Origin: Euprymna scolopes
Lineage: Eukaryota
Assembly (NCBI GenBank): GCA_053919585.1
Contig: CM132828.1
Reading direction: 5' to 3' (one strand)
DNA length: 64,000 bases
Translations under genes and position numbers: made by a program
Notes under the pieces: model-generated
What the model was told of the DNA's origin: nothing
Databases searched by the model: none
Seen by the model: the letters and a program-made list of their open reading frames with translations, nothing else
In this document: piece after piece, positions 15,001 through 30,000 of the stretch
Layout: every line of letters begins with the position of its first letter
Numbering within the stretch: the first letter of the stretch is position 1

Positions 15001-18000
15001 CGTAATAAAGTCAATCATTTATTAAGTGGCAGATTTATTCACATGTAATAAAGTCAATCATTTATTAAGTGGCAGATTTATTCACACGTAATAAAGTCAA
15101 TCATTTATTAAGTGGCAGATTTATTCACATGTAATAAAGTCAATCATTTATTAAGTGGCAGATTTATTCACATGTAATAAAGTCAATCATTTATTAAGTG
15201 GCAGATTTATTCACTTGTAATAAAGTCAATCATTTATTAAGTGGCAGATTTATTCACATGTAATAAAGTCAATCATTTATTAAGTGGCAGATTTATTCAC
15301 ACATAATAAAGTCAATCATTTATTAAGTGGCAGATTTATTCACACGTAATAAATTCAATCATTTATTAAGTGGCAGATTTATTCACACGTAATAAAGTCA
15401 ATCATTTATTAAGTGGGAGATTTATTCACACGTAATAAAGTCAATCATTTATTAACTGGCAGATTTATTCACATGTAATAAAGTCAATCATTTATTAAGT
15501 GGCAGATTTATTAACACGTAATAAAGTCAATCATTTATTAAGTGGCAGATTTATTCACATGTAATAAAGTCAATCATTTATAAAGTGGCAGATTTATTCA
15601 CACATAATAAAGTCAATCATTTATTAAGTGGCAGATTTATTCACACGTAATAAAGTCAATCATTTATTAAGTGGCAGATTTATTCACACGTAATAAAGTC
15701 AATCATGTATTAAGTGGCAGATTTATTCACACGTAATAAAGTCAATCATTTATTAAGTGGCAGATTTATTCACACGTAATAAAGTCAATCATTTATTAAG
15801 TGGCAGATTTATTCACACGTAATAAAGTCAATCATTTATTAAGTGGCAGATTTATTCACATGTAATAAAGTCAATCATTTATTAAGTGGCAGATTTATCA
15901 ACACGTAATAAAGTCAATCATTTATTAAGTGGCAGATTTATTCACACGTAATAAAGTCAATCATTTATTAAGTGGCAGATTTATTCACACGTAATAAAGT
16001 CAATCATTTATAAAGTGGCAGATTTATTCACACGTAATAAAGTCAATCATTTATTAAGTGGCAGATTTATTCACATGTAATAAAGTCAATCATTTATTAA
16101 GTGGCAGATTTATTCACACGTAATAAAGTCAATCATTTATTAAGTGGCAGATTTATTCACACGTAATAAAGTCAATCATTTATTAAGTGGCAGATTTATT
16201 CACATGTAATAAAGTCAGTCATTTATTAAATGGCAGATTTATTCACACGTAATAAAGTCAATCATTTATTAAGTTGCAGATTTATTCACATGTAATAAAG
16301 TCAATCATTTATTAAGTGGCAGATTTATTCACATGTAATAAAGTCAGTCATTTATTAAGTGGCAGAGTTATTCACATGTAATAAAGTCAATCATTTATTA
16401 AGTGGCAGATTTATTCACACGTAATAAAGTCAATCATTTATTAAGTGGCAGATTTATTCACATGTAATAAAGTCAATCATTTATTAAGTGGCAGATTTAT
16501 CAACACGTAATAAAGTCAATCATTTATTAAGTGGCAGATTTATTCACATGTAATAAAGTCAATCATTTATTAAGTGGCAGATTTATTCACATGTAATAAA
16601 GTCAATCATTTATTAAGTGGCAGATTTATTCACTTGTAATAAAGTCAATCATTTATTAAGTGGCAGATTTATTCACATGTAATAAAGTCAATCATTTATT
16701 AAGTGGCAGATTTATTCACACATAATAAAGTCAATCATTTATTAAGTGGCAGATTTATTCACACGTAATAAATTCAATCATTTATTAAGTGGCAGATTTA
16801 TTCACACGTAATAAAGTCAATCATTTATTAAGTGGGAGATTTATTCACACGTAATAAAGTCAATCATTTATTAACTGGCAGATTTATTAACATGTAATAA
16901 AGTCAATCATTTATTAAGTGGCAGATTTATTAACACGTAATAAAGTCAATCATTTATTAACTGGCAGATTTATTCACATGTAATAAAGTCAATCATTTAT
17001 AAAGTGGCAGATTTATTCACACATAATAAAGTCAATCATTTATTAAGTGGCAGATTTATTCACACGTAATAAAGTCAATCATTTATTAAGTGGCAGATTT
17101 ATTCACACGTAATAAAGTCAATCATTTATTAAGTGGCAGATTTATTCACACTTCATAAAGTCAATCATTTATTAAGTGGCAGATTTATTCACACGTAATA
17201 AAGTCAATCATTTATTAAGTGGCAAATTTATTCACACGTAATAAAGTCAATCATTTATTTAGTTGCAGATTTATTCACATGTAATAAAGTCAGTAATTTA
17301 TTAAGTGGCAGATTTATTCACACGTAATAAAGTCAATCATTTATTAAGTGGCAGATTTATTCACATGTAATAAAGTCAATCATTTATTAAGTTGCAGATT
17401 TATTCACACGTAATAAAGTCAATCATTTATTAAGTGGCAGATTTATTCACATGTAATAAAGTCAGTCATTTATTAAGTGGCAGATTTATTCACATGTAAT
17501 AAAGTCAATCATTTATTAAGTGGCAGATTTATTCACATGTAATAAAGTCAATCATTTATTAAGTAGCAGATTTATTCACACGTAATAAAGTCAATCATAT
17601 ATTAAGTGGCAGATTTATTCACATGTAATAAAGTCAATCATTTATTAAGTGGCAGATTTATTCACATGTAATAAAGTCAATCATTTATTCAGTAGCAGAT
17701 TTATTCACACGTAATAAAGTCAATTATTTATTAAGTGGCAGATTTATTCACACGTAATAAAGTCAATCATTTATTAAGTGGCAGATTTATTCACATGTAA
17801 TAAAGTCAGTCATTTATTAAGTGGCAGATTTATTCACACGTAATAAAGTCAATCATTTATTAAGTTGCAGATTTATTCACATGTAATAAAGTCAATCATT
17901 TATTAAGTGGCAGATTTATTCACATGTAATAAAGTCAGTCATTTATTAAGTGGCAGAGTTATTCACATGTAATAAAGTCAATCATTTATTAAGTGGCAGA

Positions 18001-21000
18001 TTTATTCACATGTAATAAAGTCAATCATTTATTAAGTAGCAGATTTATTCACACGTACTAAAGTCAATCATTTATTAAGTGGCAGATTTATTCACACGTA
18101 ATAAAGTCAATCATTTATTAAGTGGCAGATTTATTCACATGTAATAAAGTCAGTCATTTATTAAGTGGCAGATTTATTCACATGTAATAAAGTCAATCAT
18201 TTATTAAGTGGCAGATTTATTCACATGTAATAAAGTCAATCATTTATTAAGTGGCAGATTTATTCACACGTAATAAAGTCAATCATATATTAAGTGGCAG
18301 ATTTATTCACATGTAATAAAGTCAATCATTTATTAAGTGGCAGATTTATTAACATGTAATAAAGTCAATCATTTATTCAGTAGCAGATTTATTCACACGT
18401 AATAAAGTCAATCATTTATTAAGTGGCAGATTTATTCACACGTAATAAAGTCAATCATTTATTAAGTGGCAGATTTATTCACATGTAATACAGGCAATCA
18501 TTTATTCAGTAGCAGATTTATTCACACGTAATTAAGTCAATCATTTATTAAGTGGCAGATTTATTCACATGTAGTAAAGTCAGTCATTTATTAAGTGGCA
18601 GATTTATTCACACGTAATAAAGTCAATCATTTATTAAGTGGCAGATTTATTCACATGTAATAAAGTCAATCATTTATTAAGTGGCAGATTTATTCACACG
18701 TAATAAAGTCAATCATTTATTAAGTGGCAGATTTATTCACATGTAATAAAGTCAGTCATTTATTAAGTGGCAGATTTATTCACATGTAATAAAGTCAATC
18801 ATTTATTAAGTGGCAGATTTATTCACATGTAATAAAGTCAATCATTTATTAAGTAGCAGATTTATTCACACGTAATAAAGTCAATCATATATTAAGTGGC
18901 AGATTTATTCACATGTAATAAAGTCAGTCATTTATTAAGTGGCAGATTTTTTCACATGTAATAAAGTCAATCATTTATTCAGTAGCAGATTTATTCACAC
19001 GTAATAAAGTCAATTATTTATTAAGTGGCAGATTTATTCACACGTAATAAAGTCAATCATTTATTAAGTGGCAGATTTATTCACATGTAATAAAGTCAGT
19101 CATTTATTAAGTGGCAGATTTATTCACACGTAATAAAGTCAATCATTTATTAAGTGGCAGATTTATTCATAAGTGATAAAGTCAATCATTTATTAAGTGG
19201 CAGATTTATTCACACGTAATAAAGTCAATCATTTATTAAGTGGCAGATTTATTCACACGTAATAAAGTCAATCATTTATTAAGTGGCAGATTTATTCACA
19301 TGTAATAAAGTCAATCATTTATTCAGTGGGAGATTTATTCACACGTAATAAAGTCAATCATTTATTAAGTGGCAGATTTATTCACATGTAATAAAGTCAA
19401 TCATTTATTAAGTGGCAGATTTATTCACACGTAATAAAGTCAATCATTTATTAAGTGGCAGATTTATTCACATGTAATAAAGTCAGTCATTTATTAAGTG
19501 GCAGATTAATTCACATGTAATAAAGTCAATCATTTATTAAGTGGCAGATTTATTCACATGTAATAAAGTCAATCATTTATTAAGTAGCAGATTTATTCAC
19601 ATGTAATAAAGTCAATCATATATTAAGTGGCAGATTTATTCACATGTAATAAAGTCAATAATTTATTAAGTGGCAGATTTATTCACATGTAATAAAGTCA
19701 ATCATTTATTAAGTAGCAGATTTATTCACACGTAATAAAGTCAATCATTTATTAAGTTGCAGATTTATTCACACGTAATAAAGTCAATCATTTATTAAGG
19801 TGCAGATTTATTCACATGTAATAAAGTCAGTCATTTATTAAGTGGCTGATTTATTCACACGTAATAAAGTCAATCATTTATTAAGTGGCAGATTTATTCA
19901 CATGTAATAAAGTCAATCATTTATTAAGTAGCAGATTTCTTCACACGTAATAAAGTCAATCATTTATTAAGTGGCAGATTTATTCACACGTAATAAAGTC
20001 AATCATTTATTAAGTGGCAGATTTATTCACATGTAGTAAAGTCAGTCATTTATTAAGTGGCAGATTTATTCACACGTAATAAAGTCAATCATTTATTAAG
20101 TGGCAGATTTATTCACATGTAATAAAGTCAATCATTTATTAAGTGGCAGATTTATTCACATGTAATAAAGTGAATCATTTATTAAGTGGCAGATTTATTC
20201 ACACGTAATAAAGTCAATCATTTATTAAGTGGCAGATTTATTCACATGTAATAAAGTCAATCATTTATTAAGTAGCAGATTTATTCACACGTAATAAAGT
20301 CAATCATTTATTAAGTGGCAGATTTATTCACACGTAATAAAGTCAATCATGTATTAAGTGGCAGATTTATTCACACGTAATAAAGTCAATCATTTATTAA
20401 GTGGCAGATTTATTCACACGTAATAAAGTCAATCATTTATTAAGTGGAAGATTTATTCACACGTAATAAAGTCAATCATTTATTAAGTGGCAGATTTATT
20501 CACATGTAATAAAGTCAATCATTTATTAAGTGGCAGATTTATCAACACGTAATAAAGTCAATCATTTATTAAGTGGCAGATTTATTCACATGTAATAAAG
20601 TCAATCATTTATTAACTGGCAGATTTATTCACACGTAATAAAGTCAATCATTTATTAAGTGGCAGATTTATTCACATGTAATAAAGTCAATCATTTATTA
20701 AGTGGCAGATTTATTCACATGTAATAAAGTCAATCATTTATTAAGTGGCAGATTTATTCACTTGTAATAAAGTCAATCATTTATTAAGTGGCAGATTTAT
20801 TCACATGTAATAAAGTCAATCATTTATTAAGTGGCAGATTTATTCACACATAATAAAGTCAATCATTTATTAAGTGGCAGATTTATTCACACGTAATAAA
20901 TTCAATCATTTATTAAGTGGCAGATTTATTCACACGTAATAAAGTCAATCATTTATTAAGTGGGAGATTTATTCACACGTAATAAAGTCAATCATTTATT

Positions 21001-24000
21001 AACTGGCAGATTTATTCACATGTAATAAAGTCAATCATTTATTAAGTGGCAGATTTATTAACACGTAATAAAGTCAATCATTTATTAAGTGGCAGATTTA
21101 TTCACATGTAATAAAGTCAATCATTTATAATGTGGCAGATTTATTCACACATAATAAAGTCAATCATTTATTAAGTGGCAGATTTATTCACACGTAATAA
21201 AGTCAATCATTTATTAAGTGGCAGATTTATTCACACGTAATAAAGTCAATCATTTATTAAGTGGCAGATTTATTCACACGTTATAAAGTCAATCATTTAT
21301 TAAGTGGCAGATTTATTCACACATAATAAAGTCAATCATTTATTAAGTGGCAAATTTATTCACACGTAATAAAGTCAATCATTTATTTAGTGGCAGATTT
21401 ATTCACATGTAATAAAGTCAGTAATTTATTAAGTGGCAGATTTATTCACACGTAATAAAGTCAATCATTTATTAAGTGGCAGATTTATTCACATGTAATA
21501 AAGTCAATCATTTATTAAGTGGCAGATTTATTCACACGTAATAAAGTCAATCATTTATTAAGTGGCAGATTTATTCACATGTAATAAAGTCAGTCATTTA
21601 TTAAGTGGCAGATTTATTCACATGTAATAAAGTCAATAATTTATTAAGTGGCAGATTTATTCACATGTAATAAAGTCAATCATTTATTAAGTAGCAGATT
21701 TATTCACACGTAATAAAGTCAATCATATATTAAGTGGCAGATTTATTCACATGTAATAAAGTCAATCATTTATAAAGTGGCAGATTTATTCACATGTAAT
21801 AAAGTCAATCATTTATTCAGTAGCAGATTTATTCACACGTAATAAAGTCAATCATTTATTAAGTGGCAGATTTATTCACACGTAATAAAGTCAATCATTT
21901 ATTAAGTGGCAGATTTATTCACATGTAATAAAGTCAGTCATTTATTAAGTGGCAGATTTATTCACACGTAATAAAGTCAATCATTTATTAAGTTGCAGAT
22001 TTATTCACATGTAATAAAGTCAATCATTTATTAAGTGGCAGATTTATTCACATGTAATAAAGTCAGTCATTTATTAAGTGGCAGAGTTATTCACATGTAA
22101 TAAAGTCAATCATTTATTAAGTGGCAGATTTATTCACACGTAATAAAGTCAATCATTTATTAAGTGGCAGATTTATTCACATGTAATAAAGTCAATCATT
22201 TATTAAGTGGCAGATTTATTCACACGTAATAAAGTCAATCATTTATTAAGTGGCAGATTTATTCACACGTAATAAAGTCAATCATTTATTAAGTGGCAGA
22301 TTTATTCACACGTAATAAAGTCAATCATTTATTAAGTGGCAGATTTATTCACATGTAATAAAGTCAATCATTTATTAAGTGGCAGATTTATCAACACGTA
22401 ATAAAGGCAATCATTTATTAAGTGGCAGATTTATTCACATGTAATAAAGTCAATCATTTATTAACTGGCAGATTTATTCACACGTAATAAAGTCAATCAT
22501 TTATTAAGTGGCAGATTTATTCACATGTAATAAAGTCAATCATTTATTAAGTGGCAGATTTATTCACATGTAATAAAGTCAATCATTTATTAAGTGGCAG
22601 ATTTATTCACTTGTAATAAAGTCAATCATTTATTAAGTGGCAGATTTATTTACATGTAATAAAGTCAATCATTTATTAAGTGGCAGATTTATTCACACAT
22701 AATAAAGTCAATCATTTATTAAGTGGCAGATTTATTCACACGTAATAAATTCAATCATTTATTAAGTGGCAGATTTATTCACACGTAATAAAGTCAATCA
22801 TTTATTAAGTGGCAGATTTATTCACACGTAATAAAGTCAATCATTTATTAACTGGCAGATTTATTCACATGTAATAAAGTCAATCATTTATTAAGTGGCA
22901 GATTTATTAACACGTAATAAAGTCAATCATTTATTAAGTGGCAGATTTATTCACATGTAATAAAGTCAATCATTTATAAAGTGGCAGATTTATTCACACA
23001 TAATAAAGTCAATCATTTATTAAGTGGCAGATTTATTCACACGTAATAAAGTCAATCATTTATTAAATGGCAGATTTATTCACACGTAATAAAGTCAATC
23101 ATTTATTAAGTGGCAGATTTATTCACACGTAATAAAGTCAATCATTTATTAAGTGGCAGATTTATTCACACGTAATAAAGTCAATCATTTATTAAGTGGC
23201 AAATTTATTCACACGTAATAAAGTCAATCATTTATTTAGTGGCAGATTTAATCACATGTAATAAAGTCAGTAATTTATTAAGTGGCAGATTTATTCACAC
23301 GTAATAAAGTCAATCATATATTAAGTGGCAGATTTATTCACATGTAATAAAGTCAATCATTTATTAAGTGGCAGATTTATTCACACGTAATAAAGTCAAT
23401 CATTTATTAAGTGGCAGATTTATTCACATGTAATAAAGTCAGTCATTTATTAAGTGGCAGATTTATTAACATGTAATAAAGTCAATCATTTATTAAGTGG
23501 CAGATTTATTCACATGTAATAAAGTCAATCATTTATTAAGTAGCAGATTTATTCACACGTAATAAAGTCAATCATATATTAAGTGGCAGATTTATTCACA
23601 TGTAATAAAGTCAATCATTTATAAAGTGGCAGATTTATTCACATGTAATAAAGTCAATCATTTATTCAGTAGCAGCTTTATTCACACGTAATAAAGTCAA
23701 TCATTTATTAAGTGGCAGATTTATTCACACGTAATAAAGTCAATCATTTATTAAGTGGCAGATTTATTCACATGTAATAAAGTCAGTCATTTATTAAGTG
23801 GCAGAGTTATTCACATGTAATAAAGTCAATCATTTATTAAGTGGCAGATTTATTCACACGTAATAAAGTCAATCATTTATTAAGTGGCAGATTTATTCAC
23901 ATGTAATAAAGTCAATCATTTATTAAGTGGCAGATGTATCAACACGTAATAAAGTCAATCATTTATTAAGTGGCAGATTTATTCACATGTAATAAAGTCA

Positions 24001-27000
24001 ATCATTTATTAAGTGGCAGATTTATTCAAACGTAATAAAGTCAATCATTTATTAAGTGGCAGATTTATTCACATGTAATAAAGTCAATCATTTATTAAGT
24101 GGCAGAGTTATTCACATGTAATAAAGTCAATCATTTATTAAGTGGCAGATTTATTCACTTGTAATAAAGTCAATCATTTATTAAGTGGCAGATTTATTCA
24201 CATGTAATAAAGTCAATCATTTATTAAGTGGCAGATTTATTCACACATAATAAAGTCAATCATTTATTAAGTGGCAGATTTATTCACACGTAATAAATTC
24301 AATCATTTATAAAGTGGCAGATTTATTCACACGTAATAAAGTCAATCATTTATTAAGTGGGAGATTTATTCACACGTAATAAAGTCAATCATTTATTAAC
24401 TGGCAGGTTTATTCACATGTAATAAAGTCAATCATTTATTAAGTGGCAGATTTATTCACACGTAATAAAGTCAATCATTTATTAAGTGGCAGATTTATTC
24501 ACATGTAATAAAGTCAATCATTTATAAAGTGGCAGATTTATTCACACATAATAAAGTCAATCATTTATTAAGTGGCAGATTTGTTCACACGTAATAAAGT
24601 CAATCATTTATTAAGTGGCAGATTTATTCACACGTAATAAAGTCAATCATTTATTAAGTGGCAGATTTATTCACACGTAATAAAGTCAATCATTTATTAA
24701 GTGGCAGATTTATTCACACGTAATAAAGTCAATCATTTATTAAGTGGCAAATTTATTCACACGTAATAAAGTCAATCATTTATTTAGTGGCAGATTTATT
24801 CACATGTAATAAAGTCAGTAATTTATTAAGTGGCAGATTTATTCACACGTAATAAAGTCAATCATTTATTAAGTGGCAGATTTATTCACATGTAATAAAG
24901 TCAATCATTTATTAAGTGGCAGATTTATTCACACGTAATAAAGTCAATCATTTATTAAGTGGCAGATTTATTCACATGTAATAAAGTCAGTAATTTATTA
25001 AGTGGCAGATTTATTCACATGTAATAAAGTCAATCATTTATTAAGTGGCAGATTTATTCACATGTAATAAAGTCAATCATTTATTAAGTAGCAGATTTAT
25101 TCACACGTAATAAAGTCAATCATATATTAAGTGGCAGATTTATTCACATGTAATAAAGTCAATCATTTATAAAGTGGCAGATTTATTCACATGTAATAAA
25201 GTCAATCATTTATTCAGTAGCAGATTTATTCACACGTAATAAAGTCAATCATTTATTAAGTGGCAGATTTATTCACACGTAATAAAGTCAATCATTTATT
25301 AAGTGGCAGATTTATTCACATGTAATAAAGTCAGTCATTTATTAAGTGGCAGATTTATTCACACGTAATAAAGTCAATCATTTATTAAGTTGCAGATTTA
25401 TTCACATGTAATAAAGTCAATCATTTATTAAGTGGCAGATTTATTCACATGTAATAAAGTCAGTCATTTATTAAGTGGCAGAGTTATTCACATGTAATAA
25501 AGTCAATCATTTATTAAGTGGCAGATTTATTCACACGTAATAAAGTCAATCATTTATTAAGTGGCAGATTTATTCACATGTAATAAAGTCAATCATTTAT
25601 TAAGTGGCAGATTTATTCACACGTAATAAAGTCAATCATTTATTAAGTGGCAGATTTATTCACACGTAATAAAGTCAATCATTTATTAAGTGGAAGATTT
25701 ATTCACACGTAATAAAGTCAATCATTTATTAAGTGGCAGATTTATTCACATGTAATAAAGTCAATCATTTATTAAGTGGCAGATTTATTCACACGTAATA
25801 AAGTCAATCATTTATTAAGTGGCAGATTTATTCACATGTCATAAAGTCAGTCATTTATTTAGTGGCAGATTTATTAACATGTAATAAAGTCAATCATTTA
25901 TTAAGTGGCAGATTTATTCACATGTAATAAAGTCAATCATTTATTAAGTAGCAGATTTATTCACACGTAATAAAGTCAATCATATATTAAGTGGCAGATT
26001 TATTCACATGTAATAAAGTCAATCATTTATAAAGTGGCAGATTTATTCACATGTAATAAAGTCAATCATTTATTCAGTAGCAGCTTTATTCACACGTAAT
26101 AAAGTCAATCATTTATTAAGTGGCAGATTTATTCACACGTAATAAAGTCAATCATTTATTAAGTGGCAGATTTATTCACATGTAATAAAGTCAGTCATTT
26201 ATTAAGTGGCAGATTTATTCACACGTAATAAAGTCAATCATTTATTAAGTTGCAGATTTATTCACATGTAATAAAGTCAATCATTTATTAAGTGGCAGAT
26301 TTATTCACATGTAATAAAGTCAGTCATTTATTAAGTGGCAGAGTTATTCACATGTAATAAAGTCAATCATTTATTAAGTGGCAGATTTATTCACACGTAA
26401 TAAAGTCAATCATTTATTAAGTGGCAGATTTATTCACATGTAATAAAGTCAATCATTTATTAAGTGGCAGATGTATCAACACGTAATAAAGTCAATCATT
26501 TATTAAGTGGCAGATTTATTCACATGTAATAAAGTCAATCATTTATTAAGTGGCAGATTTATTCAAACGTAATAAAGTCAATCATTTATTAAGTGGCAGA
26601 TTTATTCACATGTAATAAAGTCAATCATTTATTAAGTGGCAGAGTTATTCACATGTAATAAAGTCAATCATTTATTAAGTGGCAGATTTATTCACTTGTA
26701 ATAAAGTCAATCATTTATTAAGTGGCAGATTTATTCACATGTAATAAAGTCAATCATTTATTAAGTGGCAGATTTATTCACACATAATAAAGTCAATCAT
26801 TTATTAAGTGGCAGATTTATTCACACGTAATAAATTCAATCATTTATAAAGTGGCAGATTTATTCACACGTAATAAAGTCAATCATTTATTAAGTGGGAG
26901 ATTTATTCACACGTAATAAAGTCAATCATTTATTAACTGGCAGGTTTATTCACATGTAATAAAGTCAATCATTTATTAAGTGGCAGATTTATTCACACGT

Positions 27001-30000
27001 AATAAAGTCAATCATTTATTAAGTGGCAGATTTATTCACATGTAATAAAGTCAATCATTTATAAAGTGGCAGATTTATTCACACATAATAAAGTCAATCA
27101 TTTATTAAGTGGCAGATTTGTTCACACGTAATAAAGTCAATCATTTATTAAGTGGCAGATTTATTCACACGTAATAAAGTCAATCATTTATTAAGTGGCA
27201 GATTTATTCACACGTAATAAAGTCAATCATTTATTAAGTGGCAGATTTATTCACACGTAATAAAGTCAATCATTTATTAAGTGGCAAATTTATTCACACG
27301 TAATAAAGTCAATCATTTATTTAGTGGCAGATTTATTCACATGTAATAAAGTCAGTAATTTATTAAGTGGCAGATTTATTCACACGTAATAAAGTCAATC
27401 ATTTATTAAGTGGCAGATTTATTCACATGTAATAAAGTCAATCATTTATTAAGTGGCAGATTTATTCACACGTAATAAAGTCAATCATTTATTAAGTGGC
27501 AGATTTATTCACATGTAATAAAGTCAGTAATTTATTAAGTGGCAGATTTATTCACATGTAATAAAGTCAATCATTTATTAAGTGGCAGATTTATTCACAT
27601 GTAATAAAGTCAATCATTTATTAAGTAGCAGATTTATTCACACGTAATAAAGTCAATCATATATTAAGTGGCAGATTTATTCACATGTAATAAAGTCAAT
27701 CATTTATAAAGTGGCAGATTTATTCACATGTAATAAAGTCAATCATTTATTCAGTAGCAGATTTATTCACACGTAATAAAGTCAATCATTTATTAAGTGG
27801 CAGATTTATTCACACGTAATAAAGTCAATCATTTATTAAGTGGCAGATTTATTCACATGTAATAAAGTCAGTCATTTATTAAGTGGCAGATTTATTCACA
27901 CGTAATAAAGTCAATCATTTATTAAGTTGCAGATTTATTCACATGTAATAAAGTCAATCATTTATTAAGTGGCAGATTTATTCACATGTAATAAAGTCAG
28001 TCATTTATTAAGTGGCAGAGTTATTCACATGTAATTAAGTCAATCATTTATAGAAGTGGCAGATTTATTCACACGTAATAAAGTCAATCATTTATTAAGT
28101 GGCAGATTTATTCACATGTAATAAAGTCAATCATTTATTAAGTGGCAGATTTATTCACACGTACTAAAGTCAATCATTTATTAAGTGGCAGATTTATTCA
28201 CACGTAATAAAGTCAATCATTTATTAAGTGGAAGATTTATTCACACGTAATAAAGTCAATCATTTATTAAGTGGCAGATTTATTCACATGTAATAAAGTC
28301 AATCATTTATTAAGTGGCAGATTTATCAACACGTAATAAAGTCAATCATTTATTAAGTGGCAGATTTATTCACATGTAATAAAGTCAATCATTTATTAAC
28401 TGGCAGATTTATTCACACGTAATAAAGTCAATCATTTATTAAGTGGCAGATTTATTCACATGTAATAAAGTCAATCATTTATTAAGTGGCAGATTTATTC
28501 ACATGTAATAAAGTCAATCATTTATTAAGTGGCAGATTTATTCACTTGTAATAAAGTCAATCATTTATTAAGTGGCAGATTTATTTACATGTAATAAAGT
28601 CAATCATTTATTAAGTGGCAGATTTATTCACACATAATAAAGTCAATCATTTATTAAGTGGCAGATTTATTCACACGTAATAAATTCAATCATTTATTAA
28701 GTGGCAGATTAATTCACACGTAATAAAGTCAATCATTTATTAAGTGGCAGATTTATTCACACGTAATAAAGTCAATCATTTATTAACTGGCAGATTTATT
28801 CACATGTAATAAAGTCAATCATTTATTAAGTGGCAGATTTATTAACACGTAATAAAGTCAATCATTTATTAAGTGGCAGATTTATTCACATGTAATAAAG
28901 TCAATCATTTATAAAGTGGCAGATTTATTCACACATAATAAAGTCAATCATTTATTAAGTGGCAGATTTATTCACACGTAATAAAGTCAATCATTTATTA
29001 AGTGGCAGATTTATTCACACGTAATAAAGTCAATCATTTATTAAGTGGCAGATTTATTCACACGTAATAAAGTCAATCATTTATTAAGTGGCAGATTTAT
29101 TCACACGTAATAAAGTCAATCATTTATTAAGTGGCAAATTTATTCACACGTAATAAAGTCAATCATTTATTTAGTGGCAGATTTATTCACATGTAATAAA
29201 GTCAGTAATTTATTAAGTGGCAGATTTATTCACACGTAATAAAGTCAATCATTTATTAAGTGGCAGATTTATTCACATGTAATAAAGTCAATCATTTATT
29301 AAGTGGCAGATTTATTCACACGTAATAAAGTCAATCATTTATTAAGTGGCAGATTTATTCACATGTAATAAAGTCAGTCATTTATTAAGTGGCAGATTTA
29401 TTAACATGTAATAAAGTCAATCATTTATTAAGTGGCAGATTTATTCACATGTAATAAAGTCAATCATTTATTAAGTAGCAGATTTATTCACACGTAATAA
29501 AGTCAATCATATATTAAGTGGCAGATTTATTCACATGTAATAAAGTCAATCATTTATAAAGTGGCAGATTTATTCACATGTAATAAAGTCAATCATTTAT
29601 TCAGTAGCAGATTTATTCACACGTAATAAAGTCAATCATTTATTCAGTAGCAGATTTATTCACACGTAATAAAGTCAATCATTTATTAAGTGGCAGATTT
29701 ATTCACATGTAATAAAGTCAGTCATTTATTAAGTGGCAGATTTATTCACACGTAATAAAGTCAATCATTTATTAAGTTGCAGATTTATTCACATGTAATA
29801 AAGTCAATCATTTATTAAGTGGCAGATTTATTCACATGTAATAAAGTCAGTCATTTATTAAGTGGCAGAGTTATTCACATGTAATAAAGTCAATCATTTA
29901 TTAAGTGGCAGATTTATTCACACGTAATAAAGTCAATCATTTATTAAGTGGCAGATTTATTCACATGTAATAAAGTCAATCATTTATTAAGTGGCAGATT